Position numbers and translations under genes: made by a program. A model generated the notes under the pieces. It did not search any database. It was not told where the DNA came from and saw only the letters and a program-made list of their open reading frames with translations. A stretch of DNA of 64,000 bases from Camelus dromedarius (lineage: Eukaryota): the NCBI RefSeq assembly GCF_036321535.1, contig NC_087436.1, positions 102,984,001 to 103,048,000 of the forward strand, in the 5' to 3' direction. Numbering within the stretch: position 1 is the stretch's first letter; each line of letters begins with the position of its first letter. Positions 40,407 through 53,900 of this stretch are shown here, in pieces.

Positions 40407-41496
40407 TGTATTAGTTCTCTTTTGCTACCTTAACAAATTACCACCAACTCACTGGCTTAAGCAACATCAATTATTAGCTCACAGTTCTGTAGGCAGGTGG
40501 ACTTGGCTTGTCTGCCTCAGTGTTACTGAGTCCAAGTTCGCACTACTTGCTGCACAACAGGCCAATAAATTGAGATAGGAGGTGTTGGAGCAAGGAATAG
40601 CGACTTTATTCAGAAAGCCAGCAGACTGAGAAGATGGTAGTCCAGTGTCCCAAAGAACATTCTTACCAGAGTCAGAATTCAGGCTCTTTTTATACTAAAA
40701 GGGGTGGGGGTTTGGCTGGTTGTTGCAAACCTCTTGGTGCAGGAATCCATTGTTCTTGCATCTGTCCATGTAGGTCTGGTCACAATGTTCCTATAAACCT
40801 CCAACAAGACATATGTCATTCTCTGTTCTGCAACTTTTTATCTCTATATGAATGGGAAAGTGTTATCCCTTTAAAGGTCAGGGCCTTGAGAATGGGCTGT
40901 CCTGCATATTTCAGGCTCTAGGCAACATTCTTTTATAAAAGGTACAGACCCAGCATGACTAAGCACAGGCAACAGAGAACAAAGGTTAGAGCTCAAGAAA
41001 CAGATTCCATATGGAGTCAGCTCTGTTATGAAGTTGAAATCAAGGTGTCTGCAGGGCTTGCTTCCTTTCTGGAGCCTCTTGGGGAGCATCAGTTTCCAAG
41101 GACATTCAAGTTGTTGGCAAATTCTGGTCCATGTAGCTGTAAGAATGAGGTCCCTGTTTCTCTGTTGGCTGTCTGCTGGAAGTCTTTATCAGATTTTCAG
41201 TGGCCCCTCTCCTCCATTTTCAAAGTCAGCCAAGGAGGCCCAGTTCTTCTCGTACTTAAAATCTTTCTTCTGTCTTCCTTTTCTGCTACATCTGTGACTC
41301 ATTTCTTCTGCAACTCTTTTCTATTTTTAAGGGTCCATGTGACTACTTTGGGTCCACCTGGGTAAACCAGGATAATTTCTCCATCTCAACGTCAGTAACC
41401 TTAATGATATCTGAATATGAATATACAACACACTCACAGATTACAGAGTTTAGGGGATAGGAACGTTTCATTGGGGAAGCATTATTATGCCTACCC
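40407..41496 (-). mobile_element. MaLR LTR (MLT1E/F-like) split by a nested LTR
   Basis: Left piece 40407-40520 (ACAAATTACCACCAACTCACTGGCTTAAGCAAC) continues at about 41031 (GAAATCAAGGTGTCTGCAGGGCT) to 41496. Confidence 0.8.
40521..41030 (-). mobile_element. ERV1-type solo LTR nested in the MaLR LTR
   Basis: Begins TGTTACTGAGTCCAAG. On the minus strand, TTTATT (poly(A) signal) and TTTTATA (TATA) are in LTR order. Ends ATATGGAGTCAGCTCTGTTA. Confidence 0.75.
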
Positions 41497-42593
41497 TGCT
41501 ATCATAAAGTTAGGTCATATTTAAGATACAGTATGATTCTATACTTTATTTACCATGTGTGAACACTGAAATACATTGGGATCTCTAGTAGAATTAATGT
41601 GTACATTATACCAATGCCCATTTTTATCTTAAAGATACCTTAAATTTGTTCAGTAGTTACATAGGTCCGTGATTGTTAAGTTATTTGTTTTATAATACAT
41701 TATGGTCATTTCTATTACTTATTTAATTCCAAGTCTAGTGAGAACCCCATCCAGTGTTTTAATGTGCTTCTGTAGGAAATCACAGTGTTTTTTGCAATAG
41801 TATAATTTAAGATTGAGATTCACAGAGAATGCCCATTCTTCTTTGGCTTAAAAAGACTCATGTAGCTTTAAAATGCTAAAAGGAACAATATAAACACAGA
41901 GACAGGTTCCACAAGACTCTTGAATCTTAGTGCTGAAATAAACTCTGAGAGAAGGATCATTGCCAACCAAAAGAAAGCGGAGTCCTCCAGGGCAGAGAAA
42001 ACTCACTTCTTAGCCCAAAACTGAAGGAATCCACAGAGAAAAGGAGTACCATAAAGGAAATGGTAAGCTTTTTTGGGAAGTAAACAATTGTCTTGTTTAG
42101 TCATTTTTAATAAATGAATAGATTGAATCTGTTTAAACATAATGTGGTTCCAGTCTCCCAGACAATAGCATACGGAACATTTAATAAGAAGATGATGTAA
42201 ATATGGAAAAAAAAAAGTGATTCTCACTTGGCCATATGGTTTTATTTTTTGTGAAAATAGAATTTTTCTCAGAATTATGTGATTCCCTTTAGATTTCAAT
42301 ACAGTTCTTTTTTTTTTATTTTGTTAATGCTATTTAATACTTTTCCAGAATATTTATATCATTGGGGAGGCATTCCAAGGATTTTATTAGAACATTCTGA
42401 TAATAAATATATCAATGGGAATTAAGAAGATGTCAAGAGATTGGAAACGTGTGTAGGCTTATTCAACGTTCCCATGAAGCTGACTAACATAAGTGTTGGT
42501 AGCTACCAAAAGAAGATGGTTATTGCAGATGTTTGAAAGTTGAACAAAGGACACACGCACCCTGCTAATATTCTCAGAGTCAAAAGATGGCCT

Positions 42594-44299
42594 TTACTGC
42601 CCAAGGCAATCTACAGATTTAATGCAACCTCTATCAAAGTACCCAGGACATTTTTCACAGAACTAGAACAAATCACATTGAAATTTATATGGAATCACAA
42701 AAGACCCAGAATTGGCAAAGCATTACTGAAGAAAAAGAATGAAGCTGGAGGAATAACCCTCCCAGACTTCAGACGATACTACAGAGCTACATTAATCAAA
42801 ACAGCATGGTATTGTTACAAAAACAGATGTAAAGATCAATGGAACAGAAAAAGAGCCCAGAAATGAACCCACAAACTTTTGGTTAACTAATCTTTGATAA
42901 AGGAGGCAAGAACATACCATGGAGTAAAGACAGTCTCTTCAGCAAATGGTGTTAGGAAAACTGGATGGCTGCATGTAAATTAATGAAGTTAGAATACTCC
43001 CTTCACATTATACACAAAAATAAACTCAAAATGGCTTAAAGAAGTAAACATAAGACAAGTCACAATAAATCTCCTAGAAGAAAACATGGGCTAAACATTA
43101 TCTCACATACATCTCAGCAATGTTCTCCTAGGGCAGTCTACCCAAGCAACAGAAATAAAAGCAAAAATAAACAATTAGGACTAAATTAAACTCACAAGCT
43201 TTTTCACAGCAAAGGAAACCATAAGCGAAGCAAAATGACAACCTACAGAATTGGAGAAAATATTTGCACAAGATGAGACTGACAAGGGCTTGATTTCCAG
43301 AATATATAAACAGCTCATATGACTTAATAAGAAAAAAACAACCCAGTCCAAAAATGGGCAGAAGACCTAAACAAGCAATTCTCCAATGAAGACATACAAA
43401 TGGCCAATAGGCACATGAAATAGCGCTAATATTAAGAGAAATGCAAATCAAAACTACAATGAGGTTATCACCTCACATCAATCAGAATGGTCATCATTCA
43501 AAAGTTCACAAATGACAAATGCTGGAGAGGCTGTGGAGAAAAGGGAACCCTCCTACACTGCTGGTGGGAATGCAGTTTGGTACAGCCATTGTGGAGAACA
43601 GTACAGAGATTCCACAAAAAACTAAAAATAGATTTACCATATGATCCAACAATCCCACTCCTAGGCATATATCTAGAAGGAACCCTAATTCAAAAAGACA
43701 CCTGCACCCCACTGTTCATAGCAGCACTATTTACAATAGCCAAGACATGTAAACAGCCTAAATGTCCACCAACAGATGACTGGATAAAGAAGTTGTGGTA
43801 CACACACACACACACACACAGACACACATAATGGAATACTACTCAGCCATAAAAAACAACAAAATAATATCATTTGCAGCAACATGGATGGCCCTGGAGA
43901 ACGTCATTCTAAGAGAAGAAAGCCAGAAGAAGGAAGAAAAATACTGTATCACTCATATATGGGATCTAAAAAAAAAAAAAAAAAAGGCAAATGAACTTAT
44001 ATGTAAAACAGAAACAGACTCACAGACATAGAAAACAAACTTATGGTTACCAGAGGGGAAGGGGGTGGGAAGGGATAAACTGGGAGTTCAAGATTTGCAG
44101 ATACTGATGGTATATATAAAACAGATAAACAAGTTTATAATGTATAGCACAGGGAATTATTTTTGACATCTTGTAGTTGCTCATGGTGAAAAAGAATATG
44201 AAAATGGATATATGTATATACATGTATGACTGCAGAAATGTGCTGTACACCAGAAGTTGACACAACATTGTAAACTGATTATACTTCAATAAAAAAAAA
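42594..44299 (+). mobile_element. Relatively young 5'-truncated LINE-1 (about 1.7 kb): ORF2 C-terminal part, 3' UTR, poly(A)
   Basis: ORF2p peptides [10 protein letters not shown]...GGITLPDF...[12 protein letters not shown], the Cys-rich [18 protein letters not shown], and MEYYSAIK...FAATWM. G-rich tract at about 44052-44074, AATAAA plus poly(A), 12-bp TSD AAAAGATGGCCT at 42582-42593 and 44300-44311. Stops and frameshifts show it is inactive. Confidence 0.97.
43800..43828. repeat. (AC)n microsatellite inside L1 ORF2
   Basis: Directly visible. Confidence 0.95.
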
Positions 44300-45057
44300 A
44301 AAAGATGGCCTCACTTCCTCTCCACCCCTGACAAATGCTCTCTATCTGTTCAAAGGATACAGTAATATATAGAAAAGACCTATAACCAGTGATATCAGCA
44401 GTGGTTTTGTAGACTCCAATATAAGCTAGTTTTAAAAATTATCATTTTTTAACTGCAATATAATCAACATATAATGTTATGTAAGTTTAAGGGTTATAAT
44501 GTATTGATTTGATATGGTTCAACCCTCATGCCAGTGGTAATAAGGCCCACCTACAATCATACTGCTCCTTGATATTTTTCACTTTTACGTGATACACACT
44601 CTTTCCTAAGGTGGTAAACATGTTCTGTTTTATTAGGTAGTTACAAAAGGATTTACTTTAAAGAAAATCAGTGACACATGGGATTGAAAGAAAAAAATGA
44701 CTTTCTCCTCTGGAAGGTGAATAATTTTTAATCTTGTGGTGACATTAAATTCTCATTCAATAGATTCTGAAGTTGTGAGAAATTTGAAAACAAATGATTG
44801 TGTATTAAACTCTTTTGGTGATGATAAACATTTCCATTATAGATAATACTTACTTTTCATTTCATAGCCTTCCAAATTTTACACTGTTTAAAACTTACTT
44901 TAACACAGTAAATCTTCATTACGCTAACATGGAAAAAATCCACAAGATACGTTATTAATTAAAAAAAAAACAAAATTGTGCAGAGAATGCTACTATTTGT
45001 GCAGAAAAAAATATAAAACTTTTATTAAGCAAATTTCTGGAAGCTTATATAATAATT

Positions 45058-45530
45058 TGTATCAATCAGGGTCCAAATAAGAAACAGATGGCACACTCAA
45101 ATTAAGGTAATTTGGAGAAAGTTTATTTACAAAGAAATTAATTACAAATGTGTTGATGGTTATAGAACATGAAAGAAAGAGACATTGCAAGATTCCTGAC
45201 TACAAAGTTGCAAGACTGTTATCAGTCTAGGCTGAAGGGATGAGGGAGAGAGAGGCTTCCAAATGCCAAAAAGAGGAAGAATCTTACAGACAGGCTGTTT
45301 TTTTAGGGACTTAGAAAATTTAAGTCGCTCTCACTGAGAGGCAGCAAGTTGAATAAGGATCTTGGCCTCACTCTTCTTTCTCCCTTCTCCAATGGAAACC
45401 CCGCACACCAACCCAACAAAACCAGTCCTGAAAGCTCAGGTGTCCCAGTTATGTAGTTCACTTGGGACAGGTTCTCAGAGCAAAGACGAGGGAGAGGGAG
45501 ACGAGCAGATCTGGGGAAGCACGTGTAAGA
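45058..45530 (-). mobile_element. Old ERVL-type LTR fragment
   Basis: TCAGGGTCC...GAAACAGATGGCACACTCAAATTAAGGTAATTTG resembles a recalled ERVL LTR end; subfamily uncertain. Confidence 0.5.
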
Positions 45531-46009
45531 AATCTACCCTACTTCTGTTAACTCCGCTTCACTAGGTGTCTCGTAACGTGTACAGCTTTTCCTTCGACAG
45601 TTGTAGTTCTTGGTTACTAATCAAAAATTGCTCAAAACAAGTATTTGGCAGGAAAAAAAAATTAACACCACCAACAGAGTAAATAATTTCTTTTAGAAAG
45701 TTCTTTACAGTTTGTCTTACCTGAAGTTAAGTTATTCATTAAATCTGGAATTGCACCTCACAGACAAAACATGTTAATTTTTAAATGATATACACCATCA
45801 CAGTGATTTGGAAATACTTACATATTATCTTCCGGGAGAGCAGAAGAATTAGTCATGTTAAGAAAATCAAATAGGTTTACCTATTTGCATATGGGGGCAT
45901 GGTTCCCTTAGGAGTAGTAAGCATGGTGGTTACCGGATTATCCACATTTTATAGAAGAGAAATATACATCTTGTGTGTAAACTGTCTAGGCAGAATGTGA
46001 ATCCAATAC

Positions 46010-46220
46010 TGTTGATAACACGAGCATATTAAGAGATTTTAAAGAGGAAAACTTGATTTCAAATCCTATCTCTGTTGAATTAACTTCATATTTTTGGCAA
46101 GTCACCTAACTTCCCTAAACCTAGTTTTTTAAATGGAGATTACAATTAAAATATTTTCTCACAAGGGCTGAAGTGAGACTAGAGCAGTGCAATATCTGAG
46201 AAAAGACAATGTGAACTACA
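46010..46220 (+). mobile_element. MIR
   Basis: TTCAAATCCTATCTCTG...GGCAAGTCACCTAACTTC...AAATGGAGAT. Confidence 0.6.
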
Positions 46221-47511
46221 GCATATTGTTTTATGAACAATGCTTTTAGGTGTCCATCTGTCTGTCTCTCTCTCTCGTACACACTCATACACAGAGAGAC
46301 TCACACACATGTGAATTCTCAGAATTGTTATCTAGCATATTCTAACTTTCTGCCAGAGTGGAAGCTGATTCTGTGGGTCTTCCTCACAACGCAGAGCAGG
46401 TGCAAGGCTTTGCAAGGCACTGCAGTCTTCAAGAAGTTTCTTCACTGGATTGGACTTTTGAAAAGATTTTAGCAAATGCTACCAAAACAGTTTGGAAATC
46501 AAATACTTTGTGTCCTTATGAAATGTTTGAGACATCAATTTATCGCTTTCTCTTTGTAATTTCTCCTCTCCTTTCTTCTGCTCTGCAGATAACAGGCTCT
46601 GAGCTGTCCTTTCTTAAGAGGCATTTTTGGGAGGAAGAAAAAGCAATTGTCTGCATGACACCCCCCTTACTTGGCCTTTGTTTCCTATAACCAAAATCCC
46701 CTGAAGCAATCAGTCTAGGATCCCTAGAGGAAGAAGACACAAAGAAACATGAACAGAAAGAAGGGATTTTTTTTTTTTAGGCTAAAGGCAAAATCAGGAG
46801 ATTGGAGAAAGCAAATTGGGGTGCAGTTCTATGGTGAGGACAATCAATGCGACTCCTTAATCTGTTCTGCTGAGATTTTCCAAGAAAGTATCAAGAATTC
46901 CAAGTGGAAAACTGGTATGGTTCCAGCCTCGGCAAAGATTAATGAGTCAGAGTAAGTGGCAGGGCTGAGGGAGCTACAGGAATCTTGTGAAATGAACCTG
47001 CAGGTTTCTTAGAGGAAACCAGTGCACTGTGCTGACGAAGCACAGGAGACATCCCAGGATTTTTTTTTTTTTTTTTTTTGCTGCTGCCTATGGCCAAGCT
47101 TGAATTTTCTGTCAAAGAGGAAGGAGATACACAGTTAAAATTGGATTGTTTTAAAAATAATTAAGTTGAAATAAAGATGTTTCTTGCTTGTGGAAAGTGA
47201 GCCTTATCTCACACATTTGCATCAAATACAGAGTCTGTGCCTGTGGCTTGAGGGCTTTAAGAAGTGAGAATATACAGGTAAGAAAAGTATCAGTTCAGGT
47301 CAAGAGCTTTATGTCCTGCTGTTGTCTGCAGGGGAATGGCTAATGGGGGACTCCAGGCTTTGGAGACGCTGACCTGCACTGGTACCTCAGCAAGCCTGCG
47401 CTAAGAACATCAGACGTGGCACTCAGATGCACCTGATCTGGTTAAATGAAGATCTCTCCTGACAGTATTGTATGATTTTTCTAGTGTACCTTTATATCAT
47501 CTCCGTGTATT

Positions 47512-48480
47512 TATTTTTTAAAGGAGTTTTTTGAGGTACAATTGACACACAATGACCTACACATTTAAAGGTACAATTTGATAAGATTTGACATATGTCC
47601 GCACCCATGGACCCATCATGAAAGTCAGGATAATGAACGTATCTACCACTCCCAGAAGTTTCCTCATTCCCCTTTGTGATGCCTCCCTCCTGACCTCTCT
47701 GCCCATTATCCACCCTTTCACCCCACCTGCATGCCGCTCCCCAGAGAATGATTTGCTTTCAGCCATGATGGATTAGTTTGCATTTTCTAGGAATTTACAT
47801 AAATGCAGCTAGACAATTTGTATTCTTTTCCTATTGGACTTCTTTCACTCACCATGATGATTTTGAAATTTACATATTTTGTGGTATGCAGCAATAATTA
47901 AATTTTTATTAAAAATAAAGAAGCTATGAACATTGGTGTGTAGGCTGAGTATAGATATGTGCTTTAACACCCCTAGAAGTAATCTGGCTGCATTAACAGG
48001 ATGAGTGTATGTTTACCACTTTAAGAAACTGCAAAAACTTTCTTCAAAATGATATTTTATATTCCCACCAGATGTATATGAGAATTCCAGTGTCCCTTCA
48101 TCTTCACCAGCACTTGGTATGAGTACTCTTTTTTTTTTTTAATTTTTGCCATTCTAACAGATGTGTAGTTTATCTTATTGTGCATTTCCCTGATGATCAA
48201 TGATATTGCAAATCTTCTCATATCCTTCCTTGCCATCCATATATTTTCTTTGGTAAAGTATCCATTTCTTTTCACATTTTAAAAATAATTTTTTGCTGTT
48301 GTGCCACTGCTGAGTTCTTGAGAGTTCTTTATGTACACTGATTACAAGGCCTTAATCAGATGCATGCTGTCCAAATAACTTCCTCTTGACACATGGATTC
48401 TACTTTCATTCTTATCAGTGTTTCTCAAAGAGGAGAAATCTTAAATTTGATCAATTATTCATCAATTTTTTCTTTGCAGA
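47512..48480 (-). mobile_element. L1MB/L1MC 3' region
   Basis: TTGAGGTACAATTGAC...ATTCCCACCAG...TTTTGCCATTCTAACAGATGTGTAG...TGCATTTCCCTGATG. Confidence 0.85.
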
Positions 48481-48525
48481 TCATGAGATGGGAAACCAAA
48501 AAGTCAAAATTAAGCTAAAAGCTAG

Positions 48526-48667
48526 AATATGAAAACAAATATATGGAATACATGTGTATATGCATGACTGGGACATTGTGCTGTACACCAGAAACTGACA
48601 CACTGTAGCTGACTATACTTCAATTAAATAAATCAATAACCAAAAAACAAAACAAACAAAAACCCAC
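48526..48667 (+). mobile_element. Short L1 3' UTR tip (camelid-type) with decayed A tail
   Basis: TGTGCTGTACACCAGAAACTGACAC...TATACTTCAAT as in the 44.2 kb L1. 9-bp TSD AAAAGCTAG at 48517-48525 and 48668-48676. Confidence 0.9.
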
Positions 48668-49148
48668 AAAAGCTAGCAGCTGACTCTTTGAGGTCAAAAA
48701 CTCCCTGACTGTGTTCCCGGCTGTAAGACATGGAATCAGCTCTGTACCCCTGAGGACTCTGCTACAGCCCTGTTTGGCTTTGGTTCTGTAACCAGCACCA
48801 CACACCAAGGGGCCTGGCCGGAGTCTTACCCACCCATCGCTTGGGCAATAGGCATACAAACCTCGGTCACGGCTGTAGATGTTGAGGTGTTAATTCTTTT
48901 CAAAAGTATAAATGAATAAACTTTTTCCTTTTATTTTAAACCAATTATGGCTTCAATCATTTACTTAATGAATGTTGTGCTGAACATTTATAGTTTGTCA
49001 GACACTATGATATTAGCTGTATAAATTATACCAAAACTTTTGAGTCACAGATTTCAGCAAGAAAATGCATGATTCCACCTTTTTCTATTTTATTATTTTG
49101 TTTGTGCATAACTCTGGGACGTATTTGTACAAAATGGGACATACATTT

Positions 49149-49169
49149 GTGTGTGTGTGTGTGTGTGTG
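49149..49169. repeat. (TG)n microsatellite
   Basis: Directly visible. Confidence 0.9.
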
Positions 49170-49300
49170 CATTCTTCCTTGAAGAGAAAGACGTTCTCTC
49201 ACAAATTACTGGTCCCTTTGAAAAAAAAAAAAACCTTCAAATTAAGACAATGACTTAATCATATTACTCGTGGTACCTTAACATTATTCGTCCATTCACG

Positions 49301-49420
49301 TTTCCTCTCTTCCTTTCCTCCTCCCTCCTCCCCACTTTCCTTTCATTAGCCCCTTTCTTCCTCCCTTCCTCCCCTCTCCCCCTCCCACCCCTATCCCTTC
49401 CTCCCTTGCTTTCTTTCTTT
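49301..49420. repeat. CT-rich low-complexity tract
   Basis: About 120 nt, almost entirely pyrimidine. Confidence 0.9.
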
Positions 49421-49459
49421 ATTTCCAAGATATTTTCCTTCCATTTCTCCCCAGACATA

Positions 49460-50900
49460 AAAATTTCATCTTTATTATGCCCCTTTATATGTTCTTTTAA
49501 AATATATACTGATTAATGCAAGTATTTTTAAAATTTACCTAAGTGATCTTATGCATTGTATCTCCTGTATTATGTTATATATTTAACTCAGAGCTGTATT
49601 TATAAGGTTCAGCCATGCTCTGTTATGTGTGTTTACTCCTTCCTCTGCTGTTTGATGTGCAACCACATTTCTCCCTCTTCTGTCCAAGTGATGGGTACCT
49701 CGATTGTCTGTAATGCTTCACTACTGCTCAGGACAGGGTACTGAACATCTTAGTAAACGCCCCCTTGTGGACCAGTGTAAGGAATTCTACATGATGAACT
49801 CCCAGGAGCAGAACTGCTGGGATAAAATGTATGCATTTGAGTACTTTGGTCCTGGTAGGGTGCCATGTAGAATAGATTTCACAGGTTACAGAGCCACCAC
49901 CCGTGCTTGAGAGCTGCTGTTCCAAGAGCCACAAGCGTACTTAGAATTGTCCAGCTTTTAAAGTTTTGCCAGAGAAATAGGTATACGCTAATATCTCATT
50001 GTTACTTGCATTGGCATGTTTCTGATTTCTAATGACAATGTGCCTCTCTTTATACCTTATTAGCACTTAAGTATTTCTCCTCTGTAATTACAGTTTATGA
50101 CCTTTGCTCATGTGTTCCTTGGAACTTCTATATAATTCTTGTTGATTGACAAGACCCCCCTTAATTTTGAGGGGAAAGAGTATTCAATCATTGCCAGTTT
50201 TTGAAAAGCATGTATTTTCTCCCGTTCTAGCATTCTTCTAATAATTTTGTCTGTAGTGTTTTTCACTGACAGAAGCTGTTACTTGTGATATGATTCAGTT
50301 GATTCTTTTCAAAAAGCCTTCATTGGTGAGAAGTTTTGCCTAAGACTTCCTTCTCCCTAGGCAAGAAATATTTTTCACATTTTCTTCTTCTAACTTTATA
50401 GCTTTATCTTTCACTTTTAAACAATTAATTCAATAGGAGCTACCTGATGTCATGTAAAGGTAGAGTTTCAGATTCTTTATTTTTTTTTCCATATCGTGAG
50501 CCAATTTTTATAGACTGAAAAACCTGCCCTTGTCTTTTTGATTTGCAGTCACATATTTATGGCATTGTATGTCCCCAAACATATGGTTCCGTCTTGATAT
50601 CCTTTAAGCAATGCCACTTATTTAAACGACACTGTTTTTATTACTAAGGCTTTGTGGTATGTCTTAGTCATTTATCTCTGGTATAGAAAAATGCTGTTAA
50701 TTTTTATAGTGTGATCTTATATGCCTTAGGCTTCCTTATATATTTTCCAACGCTATCCCTTCCTTAAGTTACCTGAGCGTCCTTCAGTCTGATATCCCAA
50801 TCCACTGATTTCTTCTTTACTGTATCCTATTAAGAGCCCCATCTACTTTGTCTTTATTTCAACCATTACATTTTTTATACGTAACATCTCAAATTATTTA
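49460..50900 (-). mobile_element. Degenerate L1ME fragments
   Basis: T-rich strand with L1 motifs (ATATCTCATTGTT...TTTCTGATTTCTAATGA, CCTTTGCTCAT). Boundaries approximate. Confidence 0.5.
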
Positions 50901-53900
50901 TTTTTATTGCTAACATCTTTATTTTCTTTAAAAAATGTTGACCTGTCTGTTGGCAGTAACTGCTTCAAATCTTTCCTTGGGCCAATCACTTTTATGGTGT
51001 GTGTCTTCCTCAGATATCTAGTTTTTGGTCTGTGAGCTTACACTGCCTTCAGGTTATCAGACATGGCCTGCTAATATGGGTTGAATAAGGCTTCCAAGTC
51101 AGATCCCCTCTTTTTTTAATGGTGACAATTGTAGCCAGTTTGATTATTCCCATTTTCTGTCAGTCCAAAAGGAATATTTTATGTTCGGGGTTGAAGTAAT
51201 AATGCCCAAGAGTTACTCAATTTTCACCCATTTTTGTCAACTCCCGCATTTGTCAATGCACAGATAAAATCCAAGGACATGACCACAGATGGCTTTGGCA
51301 ATTGTTGTGGGGTTTTGTTTCATTCTAAAGAAATAAGGCTAGCAGGAGCTAAGGCGAGAACAAAGCCTAAAACACCCTGTTCCAGCCATCTCCTCCCTGC
51401 ATGCTCCAGCTGCCTCCCTGTCCAGACTGCAGCCCCGCATGCCTAAGCACTCGGGTCCTAGACAACACCCTGTCTTCCTATGATTGTCTTAATTGTCCTG
51501 CTGCTAGGTACTCATATTTTGTTGTTATTGTTTGCTTGATTGATTAGTTCTTGGAGTCCATGTTTCCTTCCTGCCTTTAACTTTTCCAGCATTGAGTTTT
51601 GAGGAGGGAGTCATAAATGGCTTTGTGTTATCTCTGCATGAAATTTGAGCTTTCTCCTCAGCCATCTTTCTTACGACGTTCATGCCAACTAGCAAAGGCA
51701 GAAAACATAGTTTATCTCATCATATATTCATAGATTTTTAATAAATTTGAATTCACTCTTATTTAATTTTGAGTTTATTTTTTAATCCCTAATTGTGCTT
51801 TTTTTTTTCTTATTTTTAAGTAATATTTTACCCTCAGGTGTTCTCTTAGTATCCAACATCCAATATAAAAATTAAGGTTCATTTTCAATAATAATAATAA
51901 CAATAATAGTTTTCATCAATATTTTGTTCTCAAGAATTAAATAATTCTGTCTAGTTTTATCTCTTTCTATCTAATTTTATCTAGTCCTCACATCAACCTA
52001 TTAGTTTAGGTATTATTTTCACCATTTCTTCAAGTAAAAAAATTATTAGAGAAATAAAGATTCCTGGATCTTAAGAGTCTGATTTGGAAAAAGCTCTGAG
52101 TTGCCCCAGAATCTGAGCTTGTAACCACTGTAATCTTATTTTCTGATGCTAATTAAATGCTGGCAAACATCTATAGGTAAAAAGTCAGAATGTTAAAACA
52201 AAAAAGAAACTAAGAGAGAAAAAAAAGGAACAAGGAGAGAAAGTTCATTTTCTCCACAGATCACAGTTCAAAACTTTTCTAAGCTCTCCTTCCCAACAGA
52301 ATTAATCCACTTTGCCTCGTTGACTTTACTCTATCTCATGCTACTTGCTGGGCCAACACCAGAGTCACATGAAAACAGAGGCCTGTCCTACCAGTCTTGA
52401 TGAAGACGAAGTCTTCATGCTAAGAACCAGGACCAATTAATTACATTACGAATGCCCCGATGTTCCTATACATGTTTATAGAGTACTGCATGCTGATAGG
52501 AACTGCTGTTCTACTGCTGAATGTCAAATACATTATTCATAACACATGGCAGTAAAACTGAATAATTAATATCTCAATATCACTGATAATCCACCCTCTT
52601 CTTCCACATGCCAATATAAAATTTGGAAATTCTTTTTGATGCATGCCCAAAGCGCGTATCATACTGTGCAGGTGTTCTGCGGTCTGAAAGATATATGCAT
52701 GGACTATAAATCTGAAACACAGTTATTGTGGGTCTTATAACTCAGCAATTATTTCTTCCAAGACCGTATAAATAAAAATGAGAAAGTTTATCTACATACT
52801 TTTTTGAAAATTGGAAAGTTGGTGCAAGTCTTGTAAACTATTGATTTAAAAAAATGGTGACTGAACTTAATGCTACAACTTAATATATGTGCAGAAATTC
52901 ACCCTCTTGATAATGCAACTTAAAAGCTGACTTATTACAGAATTAGACTGGTAAAAATTTTTGGAAGAGATTTTTCAGTAAGGGATAGATCTCTCAGTTT
53001 TGAGATGACTTTTTGTACCTAAGAATTAAAATTTTTCACAAAAGGAGGTTGGCTAGAGCAGACTTTTTCCTTTCTCAAGTAGATAACAGTTGCATATCAT
53101 TTAGTATTATAAAAAATCTAAAATTTAAGTTAAAAGATATTATCTGCTCCCTTTTAGCCAGTGGCATCTTTTACTATTCATTAATATCTCCATCACCATC
53201 AATTAATATTAGCTGAATACCGAAAGCATTGATGCCACCCTAGCAAGTGATCTGATCCCTCCAGAATACTGATTTTTGATCTAAAGTCAAATAAGCTACT
53301 ATTGTAATTGTGAGATCACAATTAATCACAAGAATGATATGACAAGTATTTGTAAGAAACAGGCAGCACTTCTTGGATTCCAGTTGTGTACAAGGCACAA
53401 TCTGTTATACTTACTATTCTCATATCTGGTTTCGATTATAATTGAAATTAAAAAGACAGAAAATACAAAGGCATAGAGAGGGACCAGAAATGAAAACCCA
53501 AAACAGCACCCTTGTCAAAATGACTTTAAATTAGGCTAACAGGCAAAACATATAAAAATAGACATATGGAGATAGCCAAGTTGATTAAAAATGGGTTTCT
53601 GAATTAATGCCTTTTGGAGGTTAATGTCAAATTCTGATTCTGTTCTGACGTATTAGGAAATGTGTCATATTTATACCCCTGGCCATTTAAATGTCTTTTA
53701 CCTAATGGTACCTAGGTTTCCCAGGGAGGTATTTTCATTCCTCTTGAGAGTCCAAAAGCCTATAGCATAGAGACCCAAATCACCCCTTAATAGAAATTCA
53801 TCCCCAATATGACCAAGATACGATTTTTTTCAACTGGTATGTACAGGAGAGCTCCCTGCTGTTCTCGCCATTGTAAGAGTCATTGTTGCTCATTCTCCCT

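Noticed and set aside
49264..49458. Gly/Arg/Glu-rich ORF on the minus strand
   Set aside because: It is simply the translation of the CT-rich low-complexity tract.
52400..52418. Hairpin ATGAAGAC-GAA-GTCTTCAT (also GCATCAGC-AGTA-GCTGATGC at 63262-63281)
   Set aside because: An 8-bp stem is expected about once per loop length in 64 kb (64000/4^8), and it is too short for a pre-miRNA.
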